IMG/VR virus record: IMGVR_UViG_3300003890_000014
Span: 48,814-112,813 of that record
Source of the DNA: a virus
DNA length: 64,000 nucleotides
Strand: one strand, 5' to 3'
The position numbers were made by a program, and so were the translations under genes. Below the pieces are notes generated by a model that did no database searches, was not told the DNA's origin, and saw only the letters and a list, made by a program, of their open reading frames with translations. Shown piece after piece: positions 29,328 through 39,738 of this stretch (position 1 is the stretch's first letter; every line of letters starts with the position of its first letter).

Positions 29328-30092
29328 TTAGCTATTTGGATCGTAATAAGTGTTAGGAGGTAATGGGTTACCTTCTTTATCTTTACGCTCCAATAAATAG
29401 TCCCTTTTAAGTACCCAAGTTTCTGGAAGTTTTACATACGTTTTATCGTCTACCGTAACTTTTTGAGATAAGATCTCGTCAGGTCTAAGATTATACTGAC
29501 TATATCGATCCCTATGAACAGCTTTAATAGCTCTAAAAATAGGGTGATGTTTATAGTAAATACTATAAACCGATTTATCAGCTGGTTTATGCGTACCAAT
29601 CCATTTAATATCTCCGTTTATGTCAATCTCAAAATCAGCTCCAATATAGAACTGTTCTCGCACATTATTAATTACTGTAAATATCCCGATAACATCACAA
29701 GCTGGATACTTTAAACGATCTGTAGAAGTTGCCTCTTGTCTTTGAATTAACTCAAAGAAGTCTTCAGCAAAGTCTAATAGTTCGACTCTAGTATAAGTGT
29801 GTAGTGTTTCTCCAGAAAGAAAAGATACAAGAATTTCGTCGATATGAAAGGTTCCCTGAATCTTAAAGATCTCGGTCAAACTTTGTTGTTGGAATAATGC
29901 TATTGTCTCTCTAGGACAAAAATCGATCATAAAATTATTACATACAGTACAATTTACATCATGATCGAAAGTTTCCAGACTTGTCATATTAGGACACAAG
30001 GTAGATCTATACACCTTGACTCTGACACCTAAGTCTCGAATCACTTGATCTAACTTATCTGGATTTATTCCGTTCGTTAGTTTGACGCTCAT
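29328..30092 (-). CDS. Head closure/neck protein (SPO1-like)
   Basis: STLCP...CTVCNN Cys motif, YSIYYKHHP, KLPETWVLKR. Confidence 0.6.
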   Translation of the reverse strand: MSVKLTNGINPDKLDQVIRDLGVRVKVYRSTLCPNMTSLETFDHDVNCTVCNNFMIDFCPRETIALFQQQSLTEIFKIQGTFHIDEILVSFLSGETLHTYTRVELLDFAEDFFELIQRQEATSTDRLKYPACDVIGIFTVINNVREQFYIGADFEIDINGDIKWIGTHKPADKSVYSIYYKHHPIFRAIKAVHRDRYSQYNLRPDEILSQKVTVDDKTYVKLPETWVLKRDYLLERKDKEGNPLPPNTYYDPNS

Positions 30093-30102
30093 TCACAATT
30101 CC

Positions 30103-30366
30103 TTACTTCTTTTGTGAAAGTTTTTCTAATTGTTCAGAAGTTAATTGTTGATTTTTTGAGTTCTCTTGCATTATCTTTTCATAGTCAGTAGAAACTTTAA
30201 CATTAGTTATGACATTACCTGTTTGACTTTGCTTCAATGAAGAACCTAAAGTAAACGGCTTAAATAGACCTGCAGCAAGTTTTACTTTCGGTTCAGGTGC
30301 TGGAGCGGGGGCAGTTTCTACTTTTTGTTCTGTAGCTGGAGTTTGTTCTGTCTTTTGTTCATTCAT
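30103..30366 (-). CDS. Hypothetical protein
   Basis: Likely start MNEQK (30366) just after the upstream stop; low complexity. Confidence 0.55.
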   Translation of the reverse strand: MNEQKTEQTPATEQKVETAPAPAPEPKVKLAAGLFKPFTLGSSLKQSQTGNVITNVKVSTDYEKIMQENSKNQQLTSEQLEKLSQKK

Positions 30367-30367
30367 G

Positions 30368-30727
30368 TTACTTCTTTCCTTTATAGGTTTTAATGAATTC
30401 ATTTATTTGACTCTTCTTCACTATATCTTCTAAAATTTGTTTAACTTGTTCAGATTTCGCTATTCTTTTATGACCTGCGGCGGTACCGTGGCTAATATAG
30501 CGTTTATGGTCTGATGGTTCCTGAATATATTGACCGCCGTGAATGCCCACACCTATGGTAGCCGGTTTATCGCTCTTATTTCCTTTTGGAGCCTTCTTTT
30601 TACTAGGCTTCTTTTTCTTAGGAGCAGAAACACCCTCAATATTAGGTTTACCCTCAGTCTTCTTACGCTTTTTAGCCTTTAATTTTGATACAACAGCTTT
30701 TATCTGTTCTTTTGATAGTTTGGTCAT
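30368..30727 (-). CDS. Lys-rich putative internal head/DNA-binding protein
   Basis: Very basic; carries IAKSE/VKKSQ putative processing motifs. Confidence 0.55.
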   Translation of the reverse strand: MTKLSKEQIKAVVSKLKAKKRKKTEGKPNIEGVSAPKKKKPSKKKAPKGNKSDKPATIGVGIHGGQYIQEPSDHKRYISHGTAAGHKRIAKSEQVKQILEDIVKKSQINEFIKTYKGKK

Positions 30728-30728
30728 A

Positions 30729-31556
30729 TTAGGATCTTACCTCTTTTTTCTTCTTAAGTCTAGACTCTTTTACTGCTAAGGATAGCTTTTCTAGAGCAGT
30801 ATGAGCGTCGTCACGTACTTTCTTTACCTGATTAAAAGTCTTTTGGTCAATCTTTCTTTGCTGCTGCTTTCCACTAGAATCCAAATGAGGAGTACTGTAA
30901 ACTTGAGAAAGATTCTTAAGTTTTACTCTAGTTTCAATGTAGTCTTTTATCATCTTCTTCAGCTTTTCATGATCGTCTGGGTGGGTATTCAATACCACTT
31001 TATTTACAGCCTTATGATAAATTTTCATGTTTTCAGTGCTATTTGGATGAAAAGGTGATACTCCCCCTATTTCTTCTTCTCCAGGACCGTGGTGAGCTGT
31101 TCCAGAGGTTACATGAACCCATATTGAGGGGTTTGCAGAAATTTTTTTGTACTCTTGACCATCGGCCCCTTGTCTAATAGTTCCTACAGGAACACCTTTA
31201 TTTTGCTCGTTCCCATCTGTCTTGGGGAGCTTTGCCATTCCCTGATTTACGGTTTTTGGGGTTACCCCTACTCTTTGAGAAGATTCACTTAGTTGAGAGC
31301 CAACTTTTAAGGCTTTCATAAAACTTACAGCGCCTTCATTATTGATAATGCCTTTTTTTATTAAATCGGCAATTTTAGCTGTGGGGAGAGCAAACTTTAT
31401 ATTTTTATCATCTTGAAGAATAGTATACTGCTCATTCGAAGCACAGATCTTATATACATTATTGTACACTCGAAGTTTATCTCCAAACTTCATTTCTGAT
31501 TTTCCTAAAGACTTCTTTAGGAGATAGTCTTGAATGAATTTTACTTTCTTGCTCAC
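30729..31556 (-). CDS. Putative internal head protein
   Basis: LKKS, LGKS, FMKA motifs; PVGTIRQG..YKKIS..WV module. Confidence 0.5.
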   Translation of the reverse strand: MSKKVKFIQDYLLKKSLGKSEMKFGDKLRVYNNVYKICASNEQYTILQDDKNIKFALPTAKIADLIKKGIINNEGAVSFMKALKVGSQLSESSQRVGVTPKTVNQGMAKLPKTDGNEQNKGVPVGTIRQGADGQEYKKISANPSIWVHVTSGTAHHGPGEEEIGGVSPFHPNSTENMKIYHKAVNKVVLNTHPDDHEKLKKMIKDYIETRVKLKNLSQVYSTPHLDSSGKQQQRKIDQKTFNQVKKVRDDAHTALEKLSLAVKESRLKKKKEVRS

Positions 31557-31559
31557 AAG

Positions 31560-32735
31560 TTATTCCTCTTGTTCTAGAGCATAAACAATTTGATTAAATT
31601 CTTCTTTATACTGATCCCAATTTCTAAGAATCTCTCTTGCAGCTTGTTCTAAATTGCTTATATCGACTCTTTCTTCATTTCGCCTTTTCCAACTAGATAA
31701 AGCTTTTTTTACTAAATTTGGATCAACTTTTGGGGCTCCTCTATAATTATCTACAAATGCTTTTACTGATTTACGTAACTCTAATTCAAAATCTCCAAAC
31801 TTAACTTTAAGAGATTTCATATCTTTTACAGGTTGTTTTTCAAGTTGATCAATACGATTATGAACCATATCAATACGTTGATGCGCTGCGTCGATTACTT
31901 GCTCTACTGTTGGGGAGGTATTTAAAGAAACAGGTACTGGAGTAGAAGGGCTATAAAGTTCTCTTAATTCCATAGTTTTTGCTATGATAGCTAAAGTCTG
32001 AGTATCAAACTTTTCAATAATTTGACCATCACGATCTTGAAAAAATCCATTATATAATCCTGGCTCTTTTTTAGAAAGAGTAAGAATACCTTTAGCAAAT
32101 GGGATCTTAGATATATCTTGAGAAGCCATGTCTTGAAGATACTTAATAAGCTGTGGACTAGCAGTTTGTTCAGCTAGAAGTTGATCTTTAGAATCAATTG
32201 AAGATTTTGTATCTTGAAAATCAATAGATTTATTAACTTTCTCTTTTTTCTTATTGCGAACAAATGCATGGAGTTTCTTTCGATTGTGAGTCATTATCAT
32301 GCCTGCAATCTGTTTAGATTGAGGATCTTGAGTTTCTACTTCTGAGGACTCACTTCCCCCTTCAGCACCATCTGCTTTTTCAATTGTTTTTAATTTAGTG
32401 TAATATTTAGGGTCTTCTGATAAATGGTCTATCGCGATCTCTTGCGCAATAGTTTTATCATTAGTGTGTTCCATTTCAACTTTTATGCCCATTGCGAGTT
32501 GTTTTTGATCAAAATCTTTTGGTTTCTTTTTATCACCTAATCCACCAGGAAGTTTATCTTTATGTTCTGTTTTCTTCATAGAAGAGGTACAAATAGCATG
32601 AGCCGATCCTACATCGTGACCTTGTCGTTTAACATCTTGAACACATCGTTCGTGTTTTTTGGGGTCAACGCCTTTAGGAGCTTTTTTTGCAAGTTCCTCT
32701 TTTTTTCGGTTTACAAAGTCTTTCGGAGATGTCAT
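31560..32735 (-). CDS. Putative internal head protein containing a DUF5661-like module
   Basis: QLAMGIKVEMEHT.DK.IA.EIA.DHL.EDPKYYTKL resembles DUF5661 (recognised from memory); multiple xxK-S/A motifs. Confidence 0.6.
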   Translation of the reverse strand: MTSPKDFVNRKKEELAKKAPKGVDPKKHERCVQDVKRQGHDVGSAHAICTSSMKKTEHKDKLPGGLGDKKKPKDFDQKQLAMGIKVEMEHTNDKTIAQEIAIDHLSEDPKYYTKLKTIEKADGAEGGSESSEVETQDPQSKQIAGMIMTHNRKKLHAFVRNKKKEKVNKSIDFQDTKSSIDSKDQLLAEQTASPQLIKYLQDMASQDISKIPFAKGILTLSKKEPGLYNGFFQDRDGQIIEKFDTQTLAIIAKTMELRELYSPSTPVPVSLNTSPTVEQVIDAAHQRIDMVHNRIDQLEKQPVKDMKSLKVKFGDFELELRKSVKAFVDNYRGAPKVDPNLVKKALSSWKRRNEERVDISNLEQAAREILRNWDQYKEEFNQIVYALEQEE

Positions 32736-32743
32736 ATAATACC

Positions 32744-33529
32744 TTATGCGATTATGGTAGGAATTGCATTGTAATACTTCTTTGCAATCTCCATCTGTTC
32801 CTTTACGGTTTTTCGATACGATTCTATTCGAGCCGAATAAACACTATAGATAGAAGATGCTGATAAACTCTTATTTACCGAAGCTCCATCTAAGCCTACT
32901 GACTCACCTGTTAATCCTGGGCCGTGTACTACATCGGCCAAAATTTCAAAAACTTTCAAAGCAGCTTGAAGTCCAATAATTTCATTAATCATAATAGGAA
33001 TCTGATCAGCGCAAAAACCTGCTATATATTCAATTTCGAACAAATGCGGCCAATAGGATTGGGTTCCATAAATCAAAGGAACATATGATCCACCTTGAGT
33101 TACAATCAAGCCGCTAAAGGTTCCTTCTACTGGAGATAATTGAATTTGGGCTGCTTCCTTCTCTAGAACATACCATTCTTTAGGATAAGAAACAAGATCT
33201 TTATTATTAGGAAACTTAGCTTTTAAAAGAGTAATTTCTTGTACAGGACGTTTCTTTAATTGGATAAAATTAAAATGGGTATAATCTAAAGCACGATAAT
33301 CATAACGTTCTTTAATAGTAGCTGGAGCTATTACAATATCCAATACGTGTTCTGCAGAAGATAAAGCAGCGTTGATCTGATGTTGAATAGTCGTATCGGG
33401 TAATGTGTTACCTTTTGTATCTGTCAAAGGTATACCAAAAAGATATCGCTCTTTTAATTGCTGAACTGTAATCAATGGTTCTAGTCTTGTAAACCCAGAA
33501 TCAGAAATTGTATTAGGTGGAAAACTCAT
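32744..33529 (-). CDS. Head-tail adaptor protein
   Basis: LKERYLFGI, ERYDY, IQLKKRPV, IEYIAGF, SVGLDGAS pattern of SPO1-like adaptors. Confidence 0.7.
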   Translation of the reverse strand: MSFPPNTISDSGFTRLEPLITVQQLKERYLFGIPLTDTKGNTLPDTTIQHQINAALSSAEHVLDIVIAPATIKERYDYRALDYTHFNFIQLKKRPVQEITLLKAKFPNNKDLVSYPKEWYVLEKEAAQIQLSPVEGTFSGLIVTQGGSYVPLIYGTQSYWPHLFEIEYIAGFCADQIPIMINEIIGLQAALKVFEILADVVHGPGLTGESVGLDGASVNKSLSASSIYSVYSARIESYRKTVKEQMEIAKKYYNAIPTIIA

Positions 33530-33539
33530 TTATACCCCT

Positions 33540-33869
33540 TTAAACGTAAAACCAAGGATCATCTCTTGTTTTTACCATTAATCGATTTCCTGGATATTCC
33601 TGTATAACTTGCAGAAATACCATCCAAGGATTTGTTTCTAAGGCTGAAGATACTAGATATTCTTTAACTTCGCCTTTAACTTTATCAGAAGACTTTTCAA
33701 CTTTATTAACAATTGACTGCATAAGATGAACATCATTAGGATTCTTATTCATCCTAGCAAGATCTGCTTGCCATTCTTTGAAGGTATCATAATGTGTTTT
33801 TTTGTTCCTAAGCATAATTGTCTCAAATATTATTAAAATTGATAAAAAAAAGTTTAATAGTCTTTTCAT
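33540..33869 (-). CDS. Hypothetical protein with N-terminal hydrophobic anchor (lysis region)
   Basis: MKRLLNFFLSILIIF; ATGA overlap with the endolysin stop. Confidence 0.55.
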   Translation of the reverse strand: MKRLLNFFLSILIIFETIMLRNKKTHYDTFKEWQADLARMNKNPNDVHLMQSIVNKVEKSSDKVKGEVKEYLVSSALETNPWMVFLQVIQEYPGNRLMVKTRDDPWFYV

Positions 33870-34345
33870 GGTTTAAAAAATCTATTCCCTGAAGCTCCTA
33901 CTGACTTAATATCAATATGTACCCAGTTAGCTCCAACTCCGTTATCTTCCATCCGAAGTTGCCATTCTTCTAATTTATTGTTGTCTAGAAGCAGTTTTAC
34001 TACCTCATCACATGTTAACCCATTTGCATGAAAATCACATGCCTGTCCGTATAAGTGCGGAGAACCCATCGGAACTTTCACTTCTGGAAGACCTTGAGCT
34101 TTTTTCTTGGCATTAATTTGCTCATATAATTTTTTATGATATTCCATTGTTCTAAATGTAATATGTACAATAATGGGTTTATCTAAAAACTCTCTAATTA
34201 AATCCATTTTTGAAAATAAAATTTTAAGATTCTCTAAGGACGTATCGTCTACTTCACTTCCTATTTCCGCCATTCTATTTTCTTGAGGTAACCAAAGAGC
34301 TTCTTTATAGGTAAAGTATTTAGAAATTTTATCAGAAGGTTCCAT
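33866..34345 (-). CDS. Peptidase M15-type (zinc L,D/D,D-peptidase) endolysin
   Basis: ISKYFT, FR, SPHLYGQACD (SxHxxxxAxD) and WVHID motifs; likely start MEPSDK (34345) with SD AGGA. Confidence 0.8.
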   Translation of the reverse strand: MEPSDKISKYFTYKEALWLPQENRMAEIGSEVDDTSLENLKILFSKMDLIREFLDKPIIVHITFRTMEYHKKLYEQINAKKKAQGLPEVKVPMGSPHLYGQACDFHANGLTCDEVVKLLLDNNKLEEWQLRMEDNGVGANWVHIDIKSVGASGNRFFKP

Positions 34346-34367
34346 AGGTTTCCTTTCTTCTTCCTGT

Positions 34368-34748
34368 TTAACAGGTTTGGGTTGGGGAAACCATTTGGAA
34401 AGCACTTTGTAGAAGAGCGAAAATAATATCTCCACCTTCATTCACCTTTACCTTTAAATTCTGACTAATAAGATTTAGAGTTTCTGTGTCTGTAAGAACA
34501 AATTGAATAACTGATCGATCATCTGCAAAAGGTTGGGTAGCGGTTTTAGTAAGAACTGTATTATCAGATTTTAATAGATCTATCGTAATTACAGCTCCTG
34601 CGTTTGGAATGTATCTAAGTTTTCTGTCCGTTTGATTGAGTTGTAACAAGATAGTAGCATCTGATCCTTTCACAATCTGAACTGATCCAATATCAAAAAA
34701 ATTATTTAAAGTTGCGTCTGAATTTATTACTTTGAGTGTGAGTATCAT
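34368..34748 (-). CDS. Hypothetical beta-sandwich virion protein
   Basis: 126 aa beta-rich co-oriented ORF. Confidence 0.55.
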   Translation of the reverse strand: MILTLKVINSDATLNNFFDIGSVQIVKGSDATILLQLNQTDRKLRYIPNAGAVITIDLLKSDNTVLTKTATQPFADDRSVIQFVLTDTETLNLISQNLKVKVNEGGDIIFALLQSAFQMVSPTQTC

Positions 34749-34757
34749 ATTACCTTC

Positions 34758-35123
34758 TTAAAACCATTTTAGAAGTTTACCAACTGTTAAGATTGCTGTT
34801 GCTAATCCACCCAATGCCATTGCGATTTTTACAGTAGTTTTTATCCATTTTGCTGGTTCTTCCAGCATTTCAAATCTTTCTCTATTTGCTTGCTCATGTT
34901 GATCGCACCACTTTTTTAAAGTATTTACGCCTTCAATGTGTTGATCTAAAAGCCTATTTTGGTGTTCATCTAGTTCGTTAATTCTTTTAAGTTCATACTC
35001 GGTACGCTGAATATGAAGATCAACTTTCTTATCTAAAGAGACGATATTTTCTTGCATAACATCTGAACTATCCGATATACGTCGTAGTAATTTTATTATT
35101 TCATCATCTTCATTACGGGACAT
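34758..35123 (-). CDS. Putative holin-like protein (coiled coil + C-terminal TM)
   Basis: Coiled coil followed by IAMALGGLATAILTVG; near the endolysin. Confidence 0.5.
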   Translation of the reverse strand: MSRNEDDEIIKLLRRISDSSDVMQENIVSLDKKVDLHIQRTEYELKRINELDEHQNRLLDQHIEGVNTLKKWCDQHEQANRERFEMLEEPAKWIKTTVKIAMALGGLATAILTVGKLLKWF

Positions 35124-35195
35124 ACTCTACCTTTTAAAAATAAATTTACATGGGTTTTACAAGGGCAAGGATAACTCTTCGTTTTTATTATATCA

Positions 35196-35699
35196 CTAGT
35201 CTAATGATTTTTCTGGTATAGATGCTTGCTCCAAAAGCTTGTAAAGTTTATAAGGACTCATCATCTCGAAATCTTGAACATTTAATAGTTGAGGGAAAAG
35301 CTCAGGTGTTAAAGCTTTGGCTAGTCCTGTACAAAGAAAGGACCTCTCCTCTCCCCAAGCATTTACTTTTGGGAATTCTTTACCAAAAAATCTAAAAAGT
35401 AACCCTCTCCAGCAAAAATACAAAAAAGCTTTAAAATCATAGTTATGATCATCATATTGATTTACTATACTATCCCATATAACACCTTCTTGATTTGGTT
35501 GTAGTGGCACTTCCACTGAATACACTATTTCACAGTGCTTTTTAAAAGTAGCAAACCACTTCAAATTAGTTCCTAAAAGATTGCTATGAAATACGTATTT
35601 ATCTTCTAGGACTATAGCGAAGTGACTAACAGGCTCTTTTAATCCCCATCTAATAAGTATTGATAAAGGTGCTGTTGATTTTGTAAAAATTAATTTCAT
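35196..35699 (-). CDS. Permuted papain-like (NlpC/P60, YiiX-type) enzyme
   Basis: N-terminal SHFAIV (His), YDF, and later FLCTGL (Cys) in permuted order. Confidence 0.65.
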   Translation of the reverse strand: MKLIFTKSTAPLSILIRWGLKEPVSHFAIVLEDKYVFHSNLLGTNLKWFATFKKHCEIVYSVEVPLQPNQEGVIWDSIVNQYDDHNYDFKAFLYFCWRGLLFRFFGKEFPKVNAWGEERSFLCTGLAKALTPELFPQLLNVQDFEMMSPYKLYKLLEQASIPEKSLD

Positions 35700-36424
35700 T
35701 ACAATTTTTTAGTTAAATAATAATTAACGCCTACTCTACGAGTTAATCCAGAGTCAACTGCATTATAAGTTATTCTTAAATATAAACCTGCGGTAACTTT
35801 TGCATTAAGAGGATAAGTATCAATACTATGAATTGTTAAAGCTCCAGGAGTTAGTGTGCCAGGATTTTCAACCATTACAAAAGCTTTAAGAACATAAGTG
35901 GCTACTACTGGCCAAGCTTCACAGAGAAAGGAACGATAAGCTTCAGGAATAACTTCATCTTTATCATAAACACAAGCGGTAAGATAATCTCCCATTTCAC
36001 CATTCTCAATAATAATATCTCCACCCGAAACATATCTTTCTTCCGTTATTTGATAATCTATATTTTGTGAAGTATTCTTTTCTATAGAAATTAAAGAAGA
36101 GATTGCATCTCTTTTAGTTCTATATAGGGGTTGAGCAAAAGGAGCAGGATCTGGTTGGGCAGTAACAGTAACAGGAGTAGGGGCAGGTGCTGCGGGTTGG
36201 ATTATTTGTTGATGCGAAGCAACCCAGGCATCATAAGAGGATTGATTATTAAAAATTAATAAATCCAAATCTTCTTGAGAAATTAGTTCTAAATTATTGG
36301 GATTCCCAACTTCTTCATTATAAGGATATTTTTCAATAGGCCAATCTTCAGGTATTCCTGTGATTCCCCTATTTGAAAGTTCCTCTTCACTTAATGTTGA
36401 TGCTCTTTTAATTAACCAATCCAT
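35699..36424 (-). CDS. Virion accessory protein
   Basis: Likely start MDWLI with SD GAGG; Pro/Ala linker then a beta domain. Confidence 0.55.
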   Translation of the reverse strand: MDWLIKRASTLSEEELSNRGITGIPEDWPIEKYPYNEEVGNPNNLELISQEDLDLLIFNNQSSYDAWVASHQQIIQPAAPAPTPVTVTAQPDPAPFAQPLYRTKRDAISSLISIEKNTSQNIDYQITEERYVSGGDIIIENGEMGDYLTACVYDKDEVIPEAYRSFLCEAWPVVATYVLKAFVMVENPGTLTPGALTIHSIDTYPLNAKVTAGLYLRITYNAVDSGLTRRVGVNYYLTKKL

Positions 36425-36426
36425 AA

Positions 36427-38259
36427 TTAACCTCTTGTTCTTCTCCAAGTAATATAATCAATATCTGTAGTTCTATTGGAAGTACCTAAAGTTTTTTCTA
36501 ACTTAAATACAAATTTTAAAGCAGAAGTTGGAAGTGGTACTGAAATCTTCCCAATAAAAACACTATCAATATAGATAAAAGCAGCAGAGCCATCAGCAGC
36601 AGTTACGCACTTTAATCTATACCATCTATTTGCAACAATGTCAATTCCAGTGTCTAATCTTGTTTGACTAGAAGAATTTATAACATCAGCAAACCAACGG
36701 TTAGAATATGCAACAGCAGCAACATTTGCTGTTGTGAGTACATTAGTTAAATTTGCATTTGCATCTGCATAAGTAAAAGGAATTCCTGCTACGTCTGCAG
36801 TTAAAATTAAAGTTGTAGTACCAGATGCTGTAACTGGTAATGGACCATCTGCATTAATTGATGATATTAAACTACTAACAATAGTCGAGGCTACTGGGGT
36901 TGCAGTATTATCTACTGAAGTGATATTTGCAGAAGTTGACCAAGTGAAATTTGCTCCTACGACATCTCCTGTAATAATTACTGGCTTTGTTCCACCAGTC
37001 GTTACGGCGGTAACAGTTGCGCCAACATTTGTGTTAATTGCGTTTGCTAAACCAACTGCTATTTCTGCATCTGTTGCATTCGCATCTGAAGTATAGTCAC
37101 AGTTAATACCATTAATTGTAACTCGATATAAAGTATTGTTTGCTCTTGTCCAAGTGGTTAATTGGATAGTCTTAGTAGTTGTATAAGTATAGGTATAATT
37201 AAATCCATTAATAACTTCTGTAAAGGTTTGTGTTGGGGCTTTTGAGGTTGTTACAGGAGTTACAGTTACAACTTGAGCAACAGCGGTTACAGCATAGGTA
37301 GGTTCAGAAGTAAAAATAACACCATTTGCTGGTGCTCCTGCTAGAATTCCATCCATTAATCCATATCTACAAGTAAATTTTTGAGCAGAATCTTGAAGAA
37401 TTGGAATTCTAACTCTAATTTCAAAAGATTCAGGTTGAGCACCAAGTTTTAAACGATTTACTCCATTAAAAGAGTAAACTAGAGGACGAGATGTTGCTGA
37501 TATTAAACTTGAAAGAGTGTGAATACCTTCGTAGTCATTACCTACAACAGTTGTAGCGCCGTCAATATCTGATAGCCCATTATTGTCTACTTTAGTAAAA
37601 GCGTATTGGTTGTCATTTCCTCCATTACCAGCATAAGCGTCAAACATGAAATCTTCGAAACCATCTTTTACACCAGCAAAATCAGGATTAGTTATATCAA
37701 TCAAATCAGAAACAAGTATCAACCAAGTCCCATCTGCAGTTTCATTTGTTTTAAGAGTAACTTGAACATACGAATTTACTGCTATTTGATAAAGTTGAGT
37801 ACCACCAAAAAATAGAAGTTTGATTGGGATTGATGATTGATTATAAAATTCGAATTTAGTAGAACCTAAAGCAGGAGCTTTTAATGTAGTAGCATCAGGT
37901 AATCTAATACTAAACATTGTTGAGTTGCCTGTAAAAACATTACAAAAGGCAGACTCATTATTTAAAGTTAATTCACCACCATCGGTGAGAGAAACTGCTA
38001 CTTGTCTAGGAGAATAATGAGTGTGAGTGAGGTTATTAATTCTGTGAACATGATCTGCACGAGCTTTTTTTCTAGAAGTTCCTAAAGCATTATCTAGGCC
38101 GATTACAACAGGTATATCTGTGAGATTAGCTTCTTCAATAGCATCTTGAACATTTAAAGATGAAATTTGGGAAGGTCCGGCTTCCCCATTGACTTGGGGA
38201 TTCCTATCTGCTTCAAAAGGTACGGATTGTGCTACTGGTGTAGTAAACGGTGCTGGCAT
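36427..38259 (-). CDS. Fibre-like virion protein (Thr-rich, lectin-like C-terminus)
   Basis: NVQDAIEE, ARADHVH fibre motifs, LPDATTL, C-terminal NRWYRLK..IYIDSV..IDYI (ConA-like). Confidence 0.6.
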   Translation of the reverse strand: MPAPFTTPVAQSVPFEADRNPQVNGEAGPSQISSLNVQDAIEEANLTDIPVVIGLDNALGTSRKKARADHVHRINNLTHTHYSPRQVAVSLTDGGELTLNNESAFCNVFTGNSTMFSIRLPDATTLKAPALGSTKFEFYNQSSIPIKLLFFGGTQLYQIAVNSYVQVTLKTNETADGTWLILVSDLIDITNPDFAGVKDGFEDFMFDAYAGNGGNDNQYAFTKVDNNGLSDIDGATTVVGNDYEGIHTLSSLISATSRPLVYSFNGVNRLKLGAQPESFEIRVRIPILQDSAQKFTCRYGLMDGILAGAPANGVIFTSEPTYAVTAVAQVVTVTPVTTSKAPTQTFTEVINGFNYTYTYTTTKTIQLTTWTRANNTLYRVTINGINCDYTSDANATDAEIAVGLANAINTNVGATVTAVTTGGTKPVIITGDVVGANFTWSTSANITSVDNTATPVASTIVSSLISSINADGPLPVTASGTTTLILTADVAGIPFTYADANANLTNVLTTANVAAVAYSNRWFADVINSSSQTRLDTGIDIVANRWYRLKCVTAADGSAAFIYIDSVFIGKISVPLPTSALKFVFKLEKTLGTSNRTTDIDYITWRRTRG

Positions 38260-38651
38260 TAACTAATTTCTCCTATAGCTACATTTCCAGTTCCACTTGT
38301 TACTTTAAACCAAATTTGAGTATTTGGACCTACAGGAATCATTAAAACTTGACTTTTGAATAAATCAAAACTTTGGGTGGTATTCGAAAAACCCCATTTA
38401 ATATTAGTATCCAATCCTTCCATAATAAAATATTTTCTGTTGGGTTTAGGAGTTACTCCATCAATATTGGTTACTCCTAATTTTGGAGTAGTAGCCAATG
38501 CTAATATCTTATCAACTCCACCGTTATCAAGAACATCGGCGGTTCCAAGTTCATTTTGACTGGATACTTTAGCGCCATAAGCTTTATCTGGGCCTGTTAA
38601 GACCGTAGGATCTGCGTTTGATAAATTATCTAAATCAGAGATTGGACACAT
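38259..38651 (-). CDS. Small virion accessory protein
   Basis: 130 aa beta-rich; coupled to the downstream gene. Confidence 0.55.
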   Translation of the reverse strand: MCPISDLDNLSNADPTVLTGPDKAYGAKVSSQNELGTADVLDNGGVDKILALATTPKLGVTNIDGVTPKPNRKYFIMEGLDTNIKWGFSNTTQSFDLFKSQVLMIPVGPNTQIWFKVTSGTGNVAIGEIS

Positions 38652-38693
38652 ATTTACCTCATATTTTATATGTTAAATTGTCGAAAAGCAAAT

Positions 38694-38728
38694 AAAAAAG
38701 GGGAGGGGATTATAGTCCCACTCCCCTT
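38694..38728 (-). terminator. Intrinsic terminator
   Basis: AAGGGGAGTGGGA-CTATAA-TCCCCTCCCC-TTTTTT on the minus strand. Confidence 0.8.
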
Positions 38729-38753
38729 AATAACTTACTATATAACTATTATA

Positions 38754-39449
38754 TTAAGCGGTAGTTCTAAAATTCATCATTGAGAAGCCTACGCCAGCAG
38801 GACCAGCTTGAAGTTGTTTAGCAAAAACACACAACTTCTTATTGGTAGCGCCTGGTCGATTCAAAGGCATACTAAACTCAACGTGATCTGAGGGTCGAGC
38901 AGAGGAAGTAATTTGAGAATCTAGAATTTCTGTGATATCTGTTCGGGTTGGAATGGCGGCAGCTACGGCTAAAGCAAGTTGAAAAATTACGTTCTTATCA
39001 GAACCATAACTCCACCCACCAATCTGCATATTACCTGATATGACTGCTTTATTTTGAAGTAGTACCCAAGTTCCAGAAATAAGAGCAACTTCACCATTGG
39101 CTACGTTAGCTTTATCGGCTGCTTCAGATTGGTCTGTACCAGCATCAAAACTAACGATCAAGGAACCATCATCGGCTACATTGAGAACTTGATAAGTACT
39201 TGTAGCGACGTTTTTACCCATCGCTAGGATACCACGATCACCCGCTCCTGAGTTTTGAATATCATCAACTCCAGAACCAACAGCGTCTCCATCTGCAAAA
39301 TAAGAGAGAGCTTTATCATTACCATCGCCTAGGCGAGTGGCCAAACGGCCTTTCTCGTCAAGACGAAGTTCTCGAAGTTCTTTATCAGTGCTTAGGCTAG
39401 GGATAGCAGTGTTATACCTACCTACCAACAAACCAAAATCATCAGCCAT
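38754..39449 (-). CDS. Abundant virion/decoration-like protein
   Basis: 231 aa, strong SD AAGGAG, own terminator. Confidence 0.55.
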   Translation of the reverse strand: MADDFGLLVGRYNTAIPSLSTDKELRELRLDEKGRLATRLGDGNDKALSYFADGDAVGSGVDDIQNSGAGDRGILAMGKNVATSTYQVLNVADDGSLIVSFDAGTDQSEAADKANVANGEVALISGTWVLLQNKAVISGNMQIGGWSYGSDKNVIFQLALAVAAAIPTRTDITEILDSQITSSARPSDHVEFSMPLNRPGATNKKLCVFAKQLQAGPAGVGFSMMNFRTTA

Positions 39450-39499
39450 AAAATATGTCTCCTTAAGTTACCCAAATTAAAGGTTTTTTAAATCTTTAA

Positions 39500-39730
39500 C
39501 TACTCTATTTTATCATTAGAATCGATAAATTTACTATTTTCTTCATCGATAGCTTTATTTATGGATATAATTTCTGGTTCGGCTACTTCTTCCATAAACT
39601 TGCTCATCTTTTCTCTGAGTATACGGGCTTTTTCATGAATTTCTTTAATCTTTTCGCTGGGTTCATATTTTTCTAAAACTCCAACAATTACTTGTACTTC
39701 CATTGTTTGTTTGTTCAATCTAATAAACAT
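39500..39730 (-). CDS. Hypothetical protein
   Basis: 76 aa co-oriented ORF with SD GGGG. Confidence 0.55.
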   Translation of the reverse strand: MFIRLNKQTMEVQVIVGVLEKYEPSEKIKEIHEKARILREKMSKFMEEVAEPEIISINKAIDEENSKFIDSNDKIE

Positions 39731-39738
39731 AATTCCCC

